This document shows positions 1-10,387 of a stretch of DNA of 64,000 nt, one piece after another (position 1 is the stretch's first letter; each line of letters starts with the position of its first letter). Both the position numbers and the translations under genes were made by a program. The DNA comes from an uncultured Planctomycetaceae bacterium (GTDB lineage Bacteria; Planctomycetota; Planctomycetia; Planctomycetales; Planctomycetaceae), in NCBI GenBank assembly GCA_963815195.1, contig CAWFGE010000022.1:1-64000 (forward strand). Direction: 5' to 3'. A model generated the notes under the pieces. It saw only the letters and a program-made list of their open reading frames with translations. It ran no database searches and was not told the DNA's origin.

Positions 1-25
1 GGGCGGATGAGGAAACCGGTTGGGC

Positions 26-631
26 CTAGAGAGCGGTGGAAAAATGAAACACGCCGAAGAAGTAAAACAGTTCCGTCCCCATCGAGGCGACGAGCATCAG
101 CCACCACGCAGGCGGCTGTTTGCGGTGCGGTTCCAACCGCGACATGACCCGCAAAAACACGTCCGACATGGAAATGCCCACGCCGGCGAACACGATCAGA
201 TTCACCACGAGCACAAACCCCGCGTTGGGGACGGCGGCGGAGAGAAACCAGTTGACCGGGATCGAGGCCATCATCGCCAGCCCGCCCCAACTCACCGTGA
301 CCAAAGCCGCAAGCAGCGTGCTGCTGGCTTTCAATCGCGACCCCGAGAGGCTGTTCAGGATGTAAAGCGCGGGAAGCGGAATCGCCCAGGCCACGCCCGC
401 GGCCAGCGTCAAGCGGAAGCCTTTTTGCAACACGTCCTCGGTGCCCCCGAGAAGTCCCATCGTCATCCCGTAGGTGCTCGTGCCCAGAATGGCGGTCAAA
501 GTCAAAGCCGCCCAGACCCACCAGCGGTAATTCGCCTCGCCGGCATTCCACCGCTCGGCGAAAAGTTCGGGATCGCGAAGCGCCTGCCCCACGTGCTCGA
601 TCCCCGCCCGCATGTCATGTCGAACTGCCAT
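26..631 (-). CDS. Multi-pass membrane protein (Yip1-like), function unknown
   Basis: ORF 26..820, likely start MAVRHD at 631; about 5 hydrophobic helices. Confidence 0.6.
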   Translation of the reverse strand: MAVRHDMRAGIEHVGQALRDPELFAERWNAGEANYRWWVWAALTLTAILGTSTYGMTMGLLGGTEDVLQKGFRLTLAAGVAWAIPLPALYILNSLSGSRLKASSTLLAALVTVSWGGLAMMASIPVNWFLSAAVPNAGFVLVVNLIVFAGVGISMSDVFLRVMSRLEPHRKQPPAWWLMLVASMGTELFYFFGVFHFSTAL

Positions 632-1180
632 CGCTCTCTCCCGTTCGAGTGAAGAATCGAAGTTCCCGTCACACGGAACGAACCGGAAACGCAGCGGCGG
701 TTTAACGGAGTTTTTCTTCAACCACGAATGGACGACCGCACGTCGATCCGCCGCGGAGCAAGGGACGAACGACGAATAAGAACCAACTCCCACGGTTAGC
801 GGTTGGGTGGTCGGGCGCAAATCCCCCGTGGAATAAGGCTTGAACTGCGAATGCTGGGGCTGTGGCCGGGCGAGAAAAATCTCACGCGGCCCCAGGCCTC
901 AAATCTGCTTTTTCCTTGGAATATTCCTTTGCGGCCCAGCCACCCTGCCGCGGACCGAATCACGGAGGGGAAGGCAGCGCAGCTTCGCCGCGGAACGTGG
1001 ACGCACCTCGGATAACGCGGTTCAAGCTTTTCGATTGCGGCTCGCGATGTTCGGGCTGGCAAAATGGGGGAATTGGAATCATCCGGCGGGGCCGGTTTTG
1101 CCGATGATAGGGGACACTGCGCCTTCGAATTCCCGAAGCGGCGACGGCGTGGAACGGCCGATCATCAAAGGACGGACTCG

Positions 1181-1558
1181 ATGCCCGACGCGGAAATGAC
1201 GACTGCCATCCAACAAGCCCTGCACGAGTTTTTGATGTGGGTGGGATTCGGCACGCTCGTGGGGTTGTTTGCCAAGGCGATTATGCCCGGCCGCGATCCT
1301 GGCGGGGCGGTGGGAACGCTGCTCATGGGCATTGCCGGCAGCGTGATCGGCTGCGGCTGTGTGATGTATTTCTGGGACGGCCACCGCGTGAGCCCGCTGA
1401 GCTTTGTGGGATTCTTCGCCGCGGTCGGCGGGGCGTTTGTGCTCCTTTTGTTTTACCGCATCCTCGCAGGCTGCTTCTTTGTGGAAGCCGAGGCGAGCGA
1501 CCAGGTCTTGCAACGCACGTACCGCCGACGTCGCCGACGCGTGCTGCGCGACGGATAG
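1181..1558 (+). CDS. GlsB/YeaQ/YmgE (transglycosylase-associated) membrane protein
   Basis: WVGFGTLVGLFAKAIMPGRDPGG...LMGIAGSVIG pattern; AAGGA upstream of ATG 1181. Confidence 0.8.
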   Translation: MPDAEMTTAIQQALHEFLMWVGFGTLVGLFAKAIMPGRDPGGAVGTLLMGIAGSVIGCGCVMYFWDGHRVSPLSFVGFFAAVGGAFVLLLFYRILAGCFFVEAEASDQVLQRTYRRRRRRVLRDG

Positions 1559-1872
1559 CAGTTCAACACCCGCGAGAACACGTCCGCGAGCGGTCGCCAT
1601 CGGGAATTCTCCTGATTTTTTTTCGCATTTTGCCTGCGATTCTTCCGATTCCCCGAAACCCAAACCTCTCCGCCCTCAATATCAAGTGCGCAGGATCGGG
1701 CGGATTTTCTGATGGTGCGTCAATTACCAGCATACGAAACTTTTGTTTAGTTTCCAGGGCTAGAGGGCCGCGTCATCATCATGGTCAGGCAGGTTGACAG
1801 CGGGAACGAGCATTCCCTCGCTCCGCGGTTTTGGGTCATGCAAATCGCCAATTTGCAAAGGAGAGGGATTCG

Positions 1873-2253
1873 ATGTGGGGCCGGCCGAAGATATTTCCGT
1901 ATGAACAGGAAGGCGACATCGCGATAGTGAAGCCCACCGGCGATTCGCTCGCCGTGCAGGAAAGGCAGCTCAAAAAGGAAATCGACGCCATCCACGCGGT
2001 GATCGACGCCGACGACTGCCGGCACCTCGTGGTCGATTTGAGCGGTGCCCCGTATTTCGGCTCGATCGTGATTGGGGCCGTGATGGCGTTTTGCGGAAAG
2101 ATCCACAACAAAGAGGGCCGGGCCGCGTTGTGCAATGCCAGCGAAGGCGTGTACGATTCGATTCAGATCATGAAGCTGGACGCCGCCGTTCCCTATTTCC
2201 CGACCCGCGAAGCCGCCCTGTCCTTCGTGAAAGGCGAACCCGCCGCGCCATAG
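1873..2253 (+). CDS. STAS domain protein (anti-sigma factor antagonist)
   Basis: LVVDLSGAPYFGSIVIGA and ALCNASEGVYDSIQIMKLD, typical of STAS. Confidence 0.8.
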   Translation: MWGRPKIFPYEQEGDIAIVKPTGDSLAVQERQLKKEIDAIHAVIDADDCRHLVVDLSGAPYFGSIVIGAVMAFCGKIHNKEGRAALCNASEGVYDSIQIMKLDAAVPYFPTREAALSFVKGEPAAP

Positions 2254-2523
2254 CCGTGCAAGCGGCGGCGACATTCGCGTCGCTGCCGGCCTCCGCAACA
2301 CCCCCGCGCCGATGACGCCCGCGACATGGGGAACCCTCGTGTAGACCCCGCTGGGCCTTGTGGTCGATCGCGGTCTTTGCCAAGATGGGTCGGCACATCT
2401 CTCGCCCCGGCATCGGCGGCGAATTTCGGCAATTCGGCCGGGAAGATCAAGAATCGCGAAACCTCGCCGCATCCCGGGGGTTCAATGATCTTATACCTGT
2501 CTGTTTTCCTTTCTGGAGGCGAA

Positions 2524-3984
2524 ATGATGCGATCCGGTCGGCGATGGTCGTGCATTTTGGCGTTGGTGTTTGCGGGCTTCTTCACTCAAACGGCCGTCCA
2601 GGCAGCCGATTGGCCGCGGTTTCGGGGACCGAACGGGTCCGGAATCAGCACCGAGAACAAGTCCCTGCCCACGAAGTGGAGCGACACCAAGAACCTGAAA
2701 TGGAAGGCCGAACTGCCGGGACCCGGGAATTCCAACCCGATTGTCGCCGGCGACCGGGTGTTCGTTACCTGCTGGACGGGTTATGCCGATGATAGTGGCC
2801 GCGACGGGTCGCTCGAGCAGCTCAAGCGGCATCTTGTGTGCATTGACCGGAACACCGGCAAAACGCTTTGGGACGAATCTGTCGATGCGGTGCTGCCGGA
2901 AGACGACTTTCGCGGCATGTTCGCCGAGAACGGCTATGCCACGCACACGCCCGTTTGCGACGGGGAGCGCGTGTATGCATTCTTCGGGAAGTCGGGCGTG
3001 CACGCCTACGACATGGAAGGCAAGCACCTATGGAAAGCGGACGTGGGAACCGACCTCGACCGGCGGGGTTGGGGATCGGCCTCCAGTCCGGTGTTATACA
3101 AGGATTATGTGATCGTCACCGCCGCGGTCGAAAGCCACGCGATCATCGCCTTGGACAAAAAGACCGGCAAACAGGTTTGGAAGCAGGAAGCGGACGGTTT
3201 CGGCAGCACCTGGGGCACACCCATTCTTGTGGATTCCGGCGACCGCACCGAACTCGTCATCGGCGTGCCTTATGAAATCTGGTCGCTGAACCCGGACAAC
3301 GGCAAACTGCTCTGGTACTGCGAATCGATCAACACCAACTCCATGTGCTCCAGCCTCATCGCCCACGACGGGGTGGTTTACGGGATTGAATCGGGGCCAG
3401 GCGGCGGCGGGGGCGTGGCGGTCAAAGTCGGCGGCAAAGGCGACGTGACCCGCACCCACAAAGTCTGGTCCAATCGCAGCAACTCGCGGATTTCCACCCC
3501 GGTGATCCATGACGGATTGTTGTACTACATGAACTCCGGCGTCGCCCATGTCCTGGACCTCGAGAAAGGTCGGTCCGAGGGCCAAGCCCGTCTGAAAGGC
3601 AGTTCGCGACCGGCTGATAACCCGCCTGACAATCGGGACGACAACCGCGGCGAACGCCCTGGCGGCCGAGGCTTCGGAGGGAGATCCTTTGGCGGGTTCG
3701 GAGGCGGACGATTTGGTGGCGGCGGCGGACAGGACTATTCCTCGCCGATTATCGCCGACGGGAAAATCTATTATGCCCGCCGCAACGGAGACGTCTTCGT
3801 CCTGAAACTCGGCCCCAAGTTGGAACAACTTGCCGTCAATCGCTTGGAATCCGCCGACGGCGATTTCAATGCGACTCCCGCGGTCTCGAACGGGGAACTC
3901 TTCCTCCGCTCCTCCCGCACGCTATTTTGCGTCGCCAACGACGCCAAAACCCCGCCGAGCGTCCAAGTCAAATCGTCGAAATAA
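2524..3984 (+). CDS. Secreted PQQ-like/BamB-type beta-propeller protein
   Basis: Signal peptide, DWPRFRGPNGSG, repeated GKxLW motifs, SSPV/ATPA; GGAGG before ATG 2524. Confidence 0.85.
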   Translation: MMRSGRRWSCILALVFAGFFTQTAVQAADWPRFRGPNGSGISTENKSLPTKWSDTKNLKWKAELPGPGNSNPIVAGDRVFVTCWTGYADDSGRDGSLEQLKRHLVCIDRNTGKTLWDESVDAVLPEDDFRGMFAENGYATHTPVCDGERVYAFFGKSGVHAYDMEGKHLWKADVGTDLDRRGWGSASSPVLYKDYVIVTAAVESHAIIALDKKTGKQVWKQEADGFGSTWGTPILVDSGDRTELVIGVPYEIWSLNPDNGKLLWYCESINTNSMCSSLIAHDGVVYGIESGPGGGGGVAVKVGGKGDVTRTHKVWSNRSNSRISTPVIHDGLLYYMNSGVAHVLDLEKGRSEGQARLKGSSRPADNPPDNRDDNRGERPGGRGFGGRSFGGFGGGRFGGGGGQDYSSPIIADGKIYYARRNGDVFVLKLGPKLEQLAVNRLESADGDFNATPAVSNGELFLRSSRTLFCVANDAKTPPSVQVKSSK

Positions 3985-4020
3985 CGACGACATTGCAAAC
4001 CAACAAAACCGCGCGGCAAA

Positions 4021-5136
4021 TCACCCTTCGCCGCGCGGTTTTGTTTTGGGTTCGGAGGTTGATGGTTCCATTGGGGTTGGCTCGGCCGCGGGGGCGTTTT
4101 CGGTTTCGCTTTCTGCCGGAGGCTCCCGCGACGCATCGCTGCCCTGGACGTGGACCGTGAAATGGCCGGGAAACAGTGTCGCGCCGTCCGGTAACGTTCG
4201 GCCGCGAAGCACGAAGGTCTTTGTCTTTTTGGGCAAGAGGAAATACAAGTCGCCGCTCGCATCTTGATGCACGCAGCGATAACCCCGCGGCCCCACCTTG
4301 GCCTCCACGCAAAACCCCAACGACCCGCCGAGCACGTTAAAGCCCACGGAATTGCGGTAGGCTTCGGTGTCGAACGGGGCCTCGGTTTTGCGGAACGTCT
4401 CCCAGTCCTTGAAGAATTTCTTGAGAGCCGGCTGAAACTCCGCCTGCTGCGTTTTGAGGATCTCCGTCTTGTGCTGGTTATAGAACTCGCGAATCGCGGG
4501 GTTCGTTCCCGTGTTCACGCGAAACACTTCGGTGACTGAGGTCTTTTGAATGACGACCTTGAGGCCGCTGGCTTCCGGCCGAAACTGCATCTCGAACCAG
4601 TCGGGAATCCGCACGCCGTTGGGCGGGTTGCTTTGCATTTCGTCGAGATCTTTGGCGACGTCCGCGGGGGGCAGATCGACGATGGTTTTGTCGATCACCG
4701 CCGGCGGAATCGTAAACTCTTCCAATTCGACGCCCGGAAGTTGGCCTTCCAAATTAAGGCCCGGATTCCACATCGCGAACACCAAGACCGCCACCACGAC
4801 GCCGAACAGGGCTATGGGGATGAGCGGATTCATGCCCTTGCGTTTGGCCCGCTGCCGAACGGACCGGGACATGACCGGGGCGGAGTGTGCTCTTTGAATT
4901 TCGGGAAACGCGGGAAGGACTTCCAGCGGAGGAGACGGCGCGTCGAATTCCGGCTGCTTTGCTGGAGGCGGTGGGGGCGGCGATTTCGCGACGGGCTTCG
5001 GAGCGTCCTGCGGCGGGGCGACTTTGGGCACGATCAACTTCGTCGCACATTTGGGGCAAGACCCCTGCTTCCCCGCCGCGGAATCCGGCACCCGAATCGT
5101 CGCGGTACAATAAGGACAATTAAACTGGATCGCCAT
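4021..5136 (-). CDS. Membrane-anchored protein with N-terminal zinc ribbon
   Basis: MAIQFNCPYC...CPKC, Pro-rich linker, one TM helix. Confidence 0.75.
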   Translation of the reverse strand: MAIQFNCPYCTATIRVPDSAAGKQGSCPKCATKLIVPKVAPPQDAPKPVAKSPPPPPPAKQPEFDAPSPPLEVLPAFPEIQRAHSAPVMSRSVRQRAKRKGMNPLIPIALFGVVVAVLVFAMWNPGLNLEGQLPGVELEEFTIPPAVIDKTIVDLPPADVAKDLDEMQSNPPNGVRIPDWFEMQFRPEASGLKVVIQKTSVTEVFRVNTGTNPAIREFYNQHKTEILKTQQAEFQPALKKFFKDWETFRKTEAPFDTEAYRNSVGFNVLGGSLGFCVEAKVGPRGYRCVHQDASGDLYFLLPKKTKTFVLRGRTLPDGATLFPGHFTVHVQGSDASREPPAESETENAPAAEPTPMEPSTSEPKTKPRGEG

Positions 5137-5162
5137 GAATCATTCTGAAGAAAACGAAACGC

Positions 5163-5240
5163 GGCGAGCGTGGGGCGTTAGCCCCATGATCGTGAGATTG
5201 GCCAAAGATCACCGAAATCATGGAGCTCACCACGCTCGCC
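5163..5240. repeat. REP-like palindrome (family GGCGAGCG..GGCGT.AGCCCCATGAT)
   Basis: Inverted arms; related copies near 13862 and at 54598-54690. Confidence 0.7.
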
Positions 5241-5247
5241 CAGAGGA

Positions 5248-6465
5248 CTACTTATCATCGAGCGCATTGACCGCGGCGAACTCTTTGCCTTCGAGCATCG
5301 CCAGGCTTGCCCCGCCGCCGGTGCTGACGTGGCTGACTTTGTCCGCGAAGCCGAGCTGCTCGATCGCGGCCGCGCTGTCCCCGCCGCCGATGATGCTCAG
5401 GGCATCGCTCTCCGCAATCGCCTGGGCGACGGCTTTGGTGCCCTCATCGAAGGGAGGCATCTCGAACACGCCCATCGGTCCGTTCCAGACGATCGTCTTG
5501 GCGTTCTTGACTTCGCGGGCGTAGAGCTTCGCCGTTTGGGGGCCGATGTCCAGACCTTCAAAATTGTCCGGAATCTCGCCGGCGGGCAGGATCTTTTTGT
5601 TGCATTCCGATTTGAAATCGTCGCCGCAATGCGTATCCACCGGCAGCATCAACTTATCGCCGCCATTTTGAATGAGTTCCTTTGCCAGGCCGATTTGATC
5701 TTTTTCGACGAGGCTCTTGCCGACGTTTCCGCCCAGCGCGAGCGAGAAGGTATAGGCCATCGCCCCGCCGATGAGCACCTTGTCGCATTTGTCCAAAAGA
5801 TTTTTGATGACCTGGATCTTGTCCGAGACTTTCGCCCCACCCAAAATCGCCACGAACGGCCGCTTGGGGTTGCGGATGGCTTCGGACAGATATTCGATTT
5901 CCTTGGACACCAGAAAGCCCACGACCTTGGGTTTTCCATTCATCGCCTGCGGGACGGCGAGCATGGAGGCATCGGTGCGGTGGCAGGTGCCGAAGGCATC
6001 GTTGCAGTACACGTCGGCAAAGTCCGCCAACTGTTTTGCGAAAGCCTCTTTGTCCGCTTTTTGATCGGCGGTCGCCTCCTTGTCTTTGATTTCTTCCTCG
6101 GCATTAAACCTTAGGTTTTCGAGAACCAGCACGTCGCCGGCTTTGAGGGCCGCCGCTTTTTGCCGGGCATCGCCGCCCACGGTGTCCGCCGCAAACGCGA
6201 CGTCTTTCCCCAAGAGCTCCGCGAGCCGGTCGGCGGCGGGTTTGAGGCTCATCTCCGCCACGGGTTTGCCCTTGGGCCGGCCGAGGTGGCTCATCAAAAT
6301 CAGCTTCCCGCCCCGCTCCAGGACCGACTGGATCGAAGGCAGCGCCATGCGAATCCGGCGGTCGTCGGTAATCTGCTGCTTGTCGTCCAGCGGAACATTG
6401 AAATCCACCCGCATCAACACGGTCTTGCCGGCCACGTCCACGTCGGCAATGGTTTTCTTCGCCAT
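5248..6465 (-). CDS. pgk: Phosphoglycerate kinase
   Basis: RVDFNVP, SHLGRP, LLENLRF-like [32 protein letters not shown]. Confidence 0.98.
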   Translation of the reverse strand: MAKKTIADVDVAGKTVLMRVDFNVPLDDKQQITDDRRIRMALPSIQSVLERGGKLILMSHLGRPKGKPVAEMSLKPAADRLAELLGKDVAFAADTVGGDARQKAAALKAGDVLVLENLRFNAEEEIKDKEATADQKADKEAFAKQLADFADVYCNDAFGTCHRTDASMLAVPQAMNGKPKVVGFLVSKEIEYLSEAIRNPKRPFVAILGGAKVSDKIQVIKNLLDKCDKVLIGGAMAYTFSLALGGNVGKSLVEKDQIGLAKELIQNGGDKLMLPVDTHCGDDFKSECNKKILPAGEIPDNFEGLDIGPQTAKLYAREVKNAKTIVWNGPMGVFEMPPFDEGTKAVAQAIAESDALSIIGGGDSAAAIEQLGFADKVSHVSTGGGASLAMLEGKEFAAVNALDDK

Positions 6466-6547
6466 GATGTCTGTCGTCCTTCGGAGAATCCCAGGAAATC
6501 AAATCGTCTCGCCCAACGGACGGGGACCGATAGGCTCCCCATCCCAA

Positions 6548-6577
6548 GGTATAGAAGCATGATAACGAACTTGTCAA
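6548..6577 (-). promoter_or_regulatory. Putative sigma-70 promoter of pgk
   Basis: Minus strand TTGACA-N18-TATACC. Confidence 0.45.
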
Positions 6578-6684
6578 CGCCCTGGCGAGATGGCCGGCAA
6601 AACGGGGGAATGCATACCTTTATCACAGAATCATGGTTTACAGAATCATGATTTTTTGAACCACGATTATGTTGAATCGCCAAC

Positions 6685-7180
6685 CTAGTGCATTTTCAAT
6701 GCTACGAATTCGGATCAGCCGGAACGCGTTAGCGTCCGGTTCACTCGGCGAAAACCGGGGCTAGCGCTGGGCTGTTAAAAAATTGGTATTGAAGTCTAAA
6801 AACGCGGGTTCTGGCTTGCGCCACCTGTGTTCTCGTTTTTTTTGGAAAGCATTAGGGCCGAAGGCCCGGCTCTCTGTCAGCCCAGGGCCAGCGCAGCGCC
6901 GCCCTGGGTTACGGATGATCGCCACGGAACAAGGCAATTGCGTATTTCCGATTTCGGGCCGCCCCGTTGGGGCTTCGGCATTTTGTTCGTTCCCGTTCCC
7001 TGGGCTGACATAGGGCCGGACCTTCGGTCCTTTTTCTCAAATTTGAAACAGTTGAATTTACGAACGGTCGAAAAGCTGCGCAAAGACAAATCGTCGTCAA
7101 CACCAATTTTTTAACGGCCCAGGCGAACGCCCTGCGGCTAATTTTTTCAACCCGAAATTCATGCTTTGACAGGACACTAG
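6685..7180. mobile_element. Nested non-autonomous element (CTAG-bounded outer element > REP > inner MITE)
   Basis: Outer imperfect inverted repeat CTAGTG...CACTAG; inner 26-bp TIRs at 6767-6792 and 7097-7122 with 2 mismatches, splitting a REP arm. Confidence 0.7.
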
Positions 7181-7284
7181 CCGGAGTGGATTCAATCCAT
7201 TAGGATCCGGTTGTCGTAACGTGAGATCGAAGAAGACGAGACCGATCCTTCCCACCGTTGGCCCCACTCGATAAAGGAACTGCG

Positions 7285-7650
7285 ATGGCGCAATCCAGCG
7301 CGAGTTTTCATGAACCGATCGAGAAGTTGACGCCCGCCACGCTCGAACATCACCGGGCCTTGGTTTCCGTGATGGAGGAACTGGAAGCCATCGATTGGTA
7401 TCAGCAGCGGATCGATGCCAGCGAAGACGAGGAACTCCGGTCGATTCTCGCCCACAACCGGGAAGAGGAGAAAGAGCACGCGGCGATGGCGCTCGAATGG
7501 CTCAGGCGGCGGGATCCGGGCCTCGATGCCCAGCTTAGGTTGTACTTGTTCACGGAGGGGCCGATCGCGGAGATCGAGGCGGAAAGCGAGGCGAACTCTC
7601 AAGAGTCCCGGCCGGGCGACGGTTCGCTGGGCATCGGCAGCTTGCGTTAA
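7285..7650 (+). CDS. Encapsulin-associated ferritin-like protein (EncFtn/Flp)
   Basis: EELEAIDWYQQR and HNREEEKEHAAM ferroxidase motifs; C-terminal cargo-loading peptide DGSLGIGSLR. Confidence 0.95.
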   Translation: MAQSSASFHEPIEKLTPATLEHHRALVSVMEELEAIDWYQQRIDASEDEELRSILAHNREEEKEHAAMALEWLRRRDPGLDAQLRLYLFTEGPIAEIEAESEANSQESRPGDGSLGIGSLR

Positions 7651-7677
7651 AACCCCAACCCCTTACGGTTAATCTCC

Positions 7678-8487
7678 ATGAATGACTTGAAGCGCGAATT
7701 GGCCCCGATCGACGAGCGGGGCTGGAAGGAAATCGAAGAGGAAGTCACCCGCACGCTCAAGCGGTTTCTGGCGGGGCGGCGGCTTGTGGATTTCGACGGG
7801 CCGCACGGTTGGCAGCACTCGAACGCGAACGTGGGCCGGGTCCGCGAACTCGAAACGCCGCCCTTGGCTAATACCGAAGCCCGGCTGCGGGAGGTGCAGC
7901 CGCTGGTCGAATTCCGCGTGCCGTTTGAGTTGTCTCGCGGCGAGTTGGACGCGATCAGCCGCGGGGCCGACGATGCCGACTTGAACCCCGCGATCGGCGC
8001 CGGACGGAAGTTGGCCCTCGCGGAAAACCAGTCGATCTTTCACGGGTATGCCGCGGCGGGGATTCGCGGGTTGTCCGAGTGCTCAAGCCACGCCCCCATC
8101 TCGCCGGACGCGAACATCCGCAACTTCCCCCAGGCGGTGTCGGAAGCCATCGAACGCCTCCGCGAAGCCGGCATTCACGGCCCCTATGCTTTGGCCGTCG
8201 AGCCGAAAACGTTCGCCGAGCTTTCCAAGACCGAGGGGCCGGGCGGCTATCCGGTCCTCCGGCATGTGGAACGGCTCGTGGATGAACCGGTCGTCTGGGC
8301 CCCGGGCCTCGACGGAGCGGTCGTGCTGAGCCTCCGCGGGGACGATTTTCGACTGACGGTGGGCCGCGATATTTCCATCGGCTATTTGGATCACGACCCG
8401 TCCGCCGTGCGGCTGTATCTCGAAGAAAGCCTGACATTCCGCGTGTTCACCCCCGAAGCCGTCACCATCATTCGCCCGCGGGGCTGA
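7678..8487 (+). CDS. Family 1 encapsulin shell protein (linocin M18 family)
   Basis: 269 aa; LKRELAPI, GRRLVDFDGPHG, GPYAL, GRDISIGY, LYLEESLTFRV. Confidence 0.95.
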   Translation: MNDLKRELAPIDERGWKEIEEEVTRTLKRFLAGRRLVDFDGPHGWQHSNANVGRVRELETPPLANTEARLREVQPLVEFRVPFELSRGELDAISRGADDADLNPAIGAGRKLALAENQSIFHGYAAAGIRGLSECSSHAPISPDANIRNFPQAVSEAIERLREAGIHGPYALAVEPKTFAELSKTEGPGGYPVLRHVERLVDEPVVWAPGLDGAVVLSLRGDDFRLTVGRDISIGYLDHDPSAVRLYLEESLTFRVFTPEAVTIIRPRG

Positions 8488-8625
8488 TGGGGACCATTTG
8501 GGGGGGGGGATTTTCCGGTGGTTCGAACTCGCTTATCGTCCGATAGCCGTCCGCAGGTCCGGCTGCGAAGATCGAGGACGCGGCACCGATCACGAAAAAG
8601 CGAACCTCAAGGAAAGGATCAGCTC

Positions 8626-8961
8626 ATGCAAGTTCCCCCCGATATTCGCTTTCGCAACATGGAGCCGTCGGCCGCGGTCGAGGCGGACGTTCAAGATCAG
8701 ATTGCGAAGTTGGAAGAGGTTTACGATCGGATCACGTCCTGCCAGGTCGTGATCACGGCCCCGCATCAGCAAGCGCCGACCGGGGAGCCGTACCACGTGC
8801 GGATCTACCTGGCCGTGCCTCAGCACGACATCGTGGTCGATCGCGATCCCGGCGACCGGCTGGCCCATCAGAAGGACGTGGACAGCGCGATTCACGACGC
8901 CTTCCAAGCCGCCCGCCGCCAACTGGTGGAAGTGCGGGACAAGCTCCGCGGCCGAATGTAG
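8626..8961 (+). CDS. HPF/RaiA (S30EA) family ribosome-associated protein
   Basis: IRFRNMEPSAAVE...ITSCQVVI...AIHDAFQAARRQL; AAGGA upstream. Confidence 0.85.
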   Translation: MQVPPDIRFRNMEPSAAVEADVQDQIAKLEEVYDRITSCQVVITAPHQQAPTGEPYHVRIYLAVPQHDIVVDRDPGDRLAHQKDVDSAIHDAFQAARRQLVEVRDKLRGRM

Positions 8962-9233
8962 ATCGCCGATGAAGAGATCGGGGATTGCCGAGCGCGCCTC
9001 GATGGCAAGAGCGATCGCATCCGGGTCATGGACCGCGGCGCGCCGCCCTGCTGGAACAACCCCGCGGTCTTTGTTTCCGGGTTGGCCGGTTCTTTGGCGA
9101 CATCCAATTGGGATGCGGCCGGACGTACGCTAAGATGATGCAAACCACGAGACCCGCGCATGAACGGTCTCAGGGTTCTGTGTTGTTTATTCAATTGCGA
9201 TTTTGAGCCGTTCGAGAATCAGGACGACAGACC

Positions 9234-10319
9234 ATGCCCACAAAATTCCCCGGCCGGCGTGCGGTGCTCAAAACTTTGGCGGCGGGCACGGCGGGGCTGG
9301 TCGGGCCCATGTTGCGAGGCGAGGAATCCGCAAAACCTCCGAAATCGAGCCTGGGCCTCGTGCTGTACTGCTGCGGGATCGAGCGGAGCCATTTGCAGAA
9401 GGAGAACCCGCAGTTCGATCTGTTCGAGCCGGCGAATTTTCTCAAGCATTGCGAGACGTTGGGAGCCGGCGGGGCCCAACTGCGGTTGGGGCCGCTGATC
9501 CAGGCCGACGCGTGGAAACTCCGCAAACAGGCCGACGCCGCGGGGCTTTATCTCGAAGCGATCGTCACCGCTCCCAAACAAAAAGCCGACCTGGAACGCT
9601 TTCAGGCGGAGATGTATGCCGCGGGCGAAGCCGGGGCGCGGGCGGCCCGCACGACCCTCATTCCGGGCCGGCGGTATGAATTCTTTAGCTCGCTGAAGAT
9701 GTTTCAGGAGTACGACGCCCTCGCCCGGAAGTCGCTGGAACTCGCGGCCCCCGTGGCGGAGCGGTTTCACGTTCCCCTGGCTGTCGAGAACCATAAGGAC
9801 CACCGCAATGCGGAGCGGGTGGCGCTCTTTAAGCACATCAGCAGCGAATATGTCGGAGCCTGCGTGGACACCGGCAACAGCCTCGCCCTCCTGGAAGACC
9901 CGATCGACACCGTGGAAAGCCTGGCTCCCTGGGCCCACTCGGTGCATCTCAAGGACCAGGCGCTAAAGCCTTACGAAGACGGGTTTCTGCTCGCGGACAT
10001 ACCGCTCGGCCAAGGCGGGCTGGATTTGAAGCGGATGGGGGAGATTCTTCAAAAGACCAAGCCCGGCATCCGCTTCACTCTGGAACTCATCACCCGCGAT
10101 CCGCTCAAAGTCCCCTGCCTCACGGACAAGTATTGGGCGACCTTCCCCGACCTGCCCGCCAAAACGCTGGCCCGCGCCCTCCGCTATGTCCGCGATCACT
10201 CCACGGCCAATTTGCAATTGATCAGCCGCATGTCCCCGGCGGAGCAACTCGCCCGCGAAAAAACCAACGTCCGCGAAAGCCTCTCCTATGCACGCGACAG
10301 GCTGGGGTTGAAAGCGTAA
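9234..10319 (+). CDS. Tat-exported sugar phosphate isomerase/epimerase (TIM barrel)
   Basis: GRRAVL Tat motif; AVENHKD, DTGN, HLKD, GQG, LE metal ligands. Confidence 0.85.
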   Translation: MPTKFPGRRAVLKTLAAGTAGLVGPMLRGEESAKPPKSSLGLVLYCCGIERSHLQKENPQFDLFEPANFLKHCETLGAGGAQLRLGPLIQADAWKLRKQADAAGLYLEAIVTAPKQKADLERFQAEMYAAGEAGARAARTTLIPGRRYEFFSSLKMFQEYDALARKSLELAAPVAERFHVPLAVENHKDHRNAERVALFKHISSEYVGACVDTGNSLALLEDPIDTVESLAPWAHSVHLKDQALKPYEDGFLLADIPLGQGGLDLKRMGEILQKTKPGIRFTLELITRDPLKVPCLTDKYWATFPDLPAKTLARALRYVRDHSTANLQLISRMSPAEQLAREKTNVRESLSYARDRLGLKA

Positions 10320-10357
10320 TTGTGCCCGGAACCGTCATTTTTGGCGTTTTGGATAAG

Positions 10358-10387
10358 TTGACAATCCGATCAGGGCACAACTACACT
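10358..10387 (+). promoter_or_regulatory. Putative sigma-70 promoter of hppA
   Basis: TTGACA-N18-TACACT about 95 bp upstream of the ORF. Confidence 0.55.

Noticed and set aside
7678..8487. Prophage capsid or bacteriocin
   Set aside because: The HK97-fold protein is an encapsulin with a cargo gene; there are no terminase, portal or tail genes.
8962..9233. Possible gene remnant (RIRVMDRG...)
   Set aside because: Short, no start or RBS, and no recognisable family.
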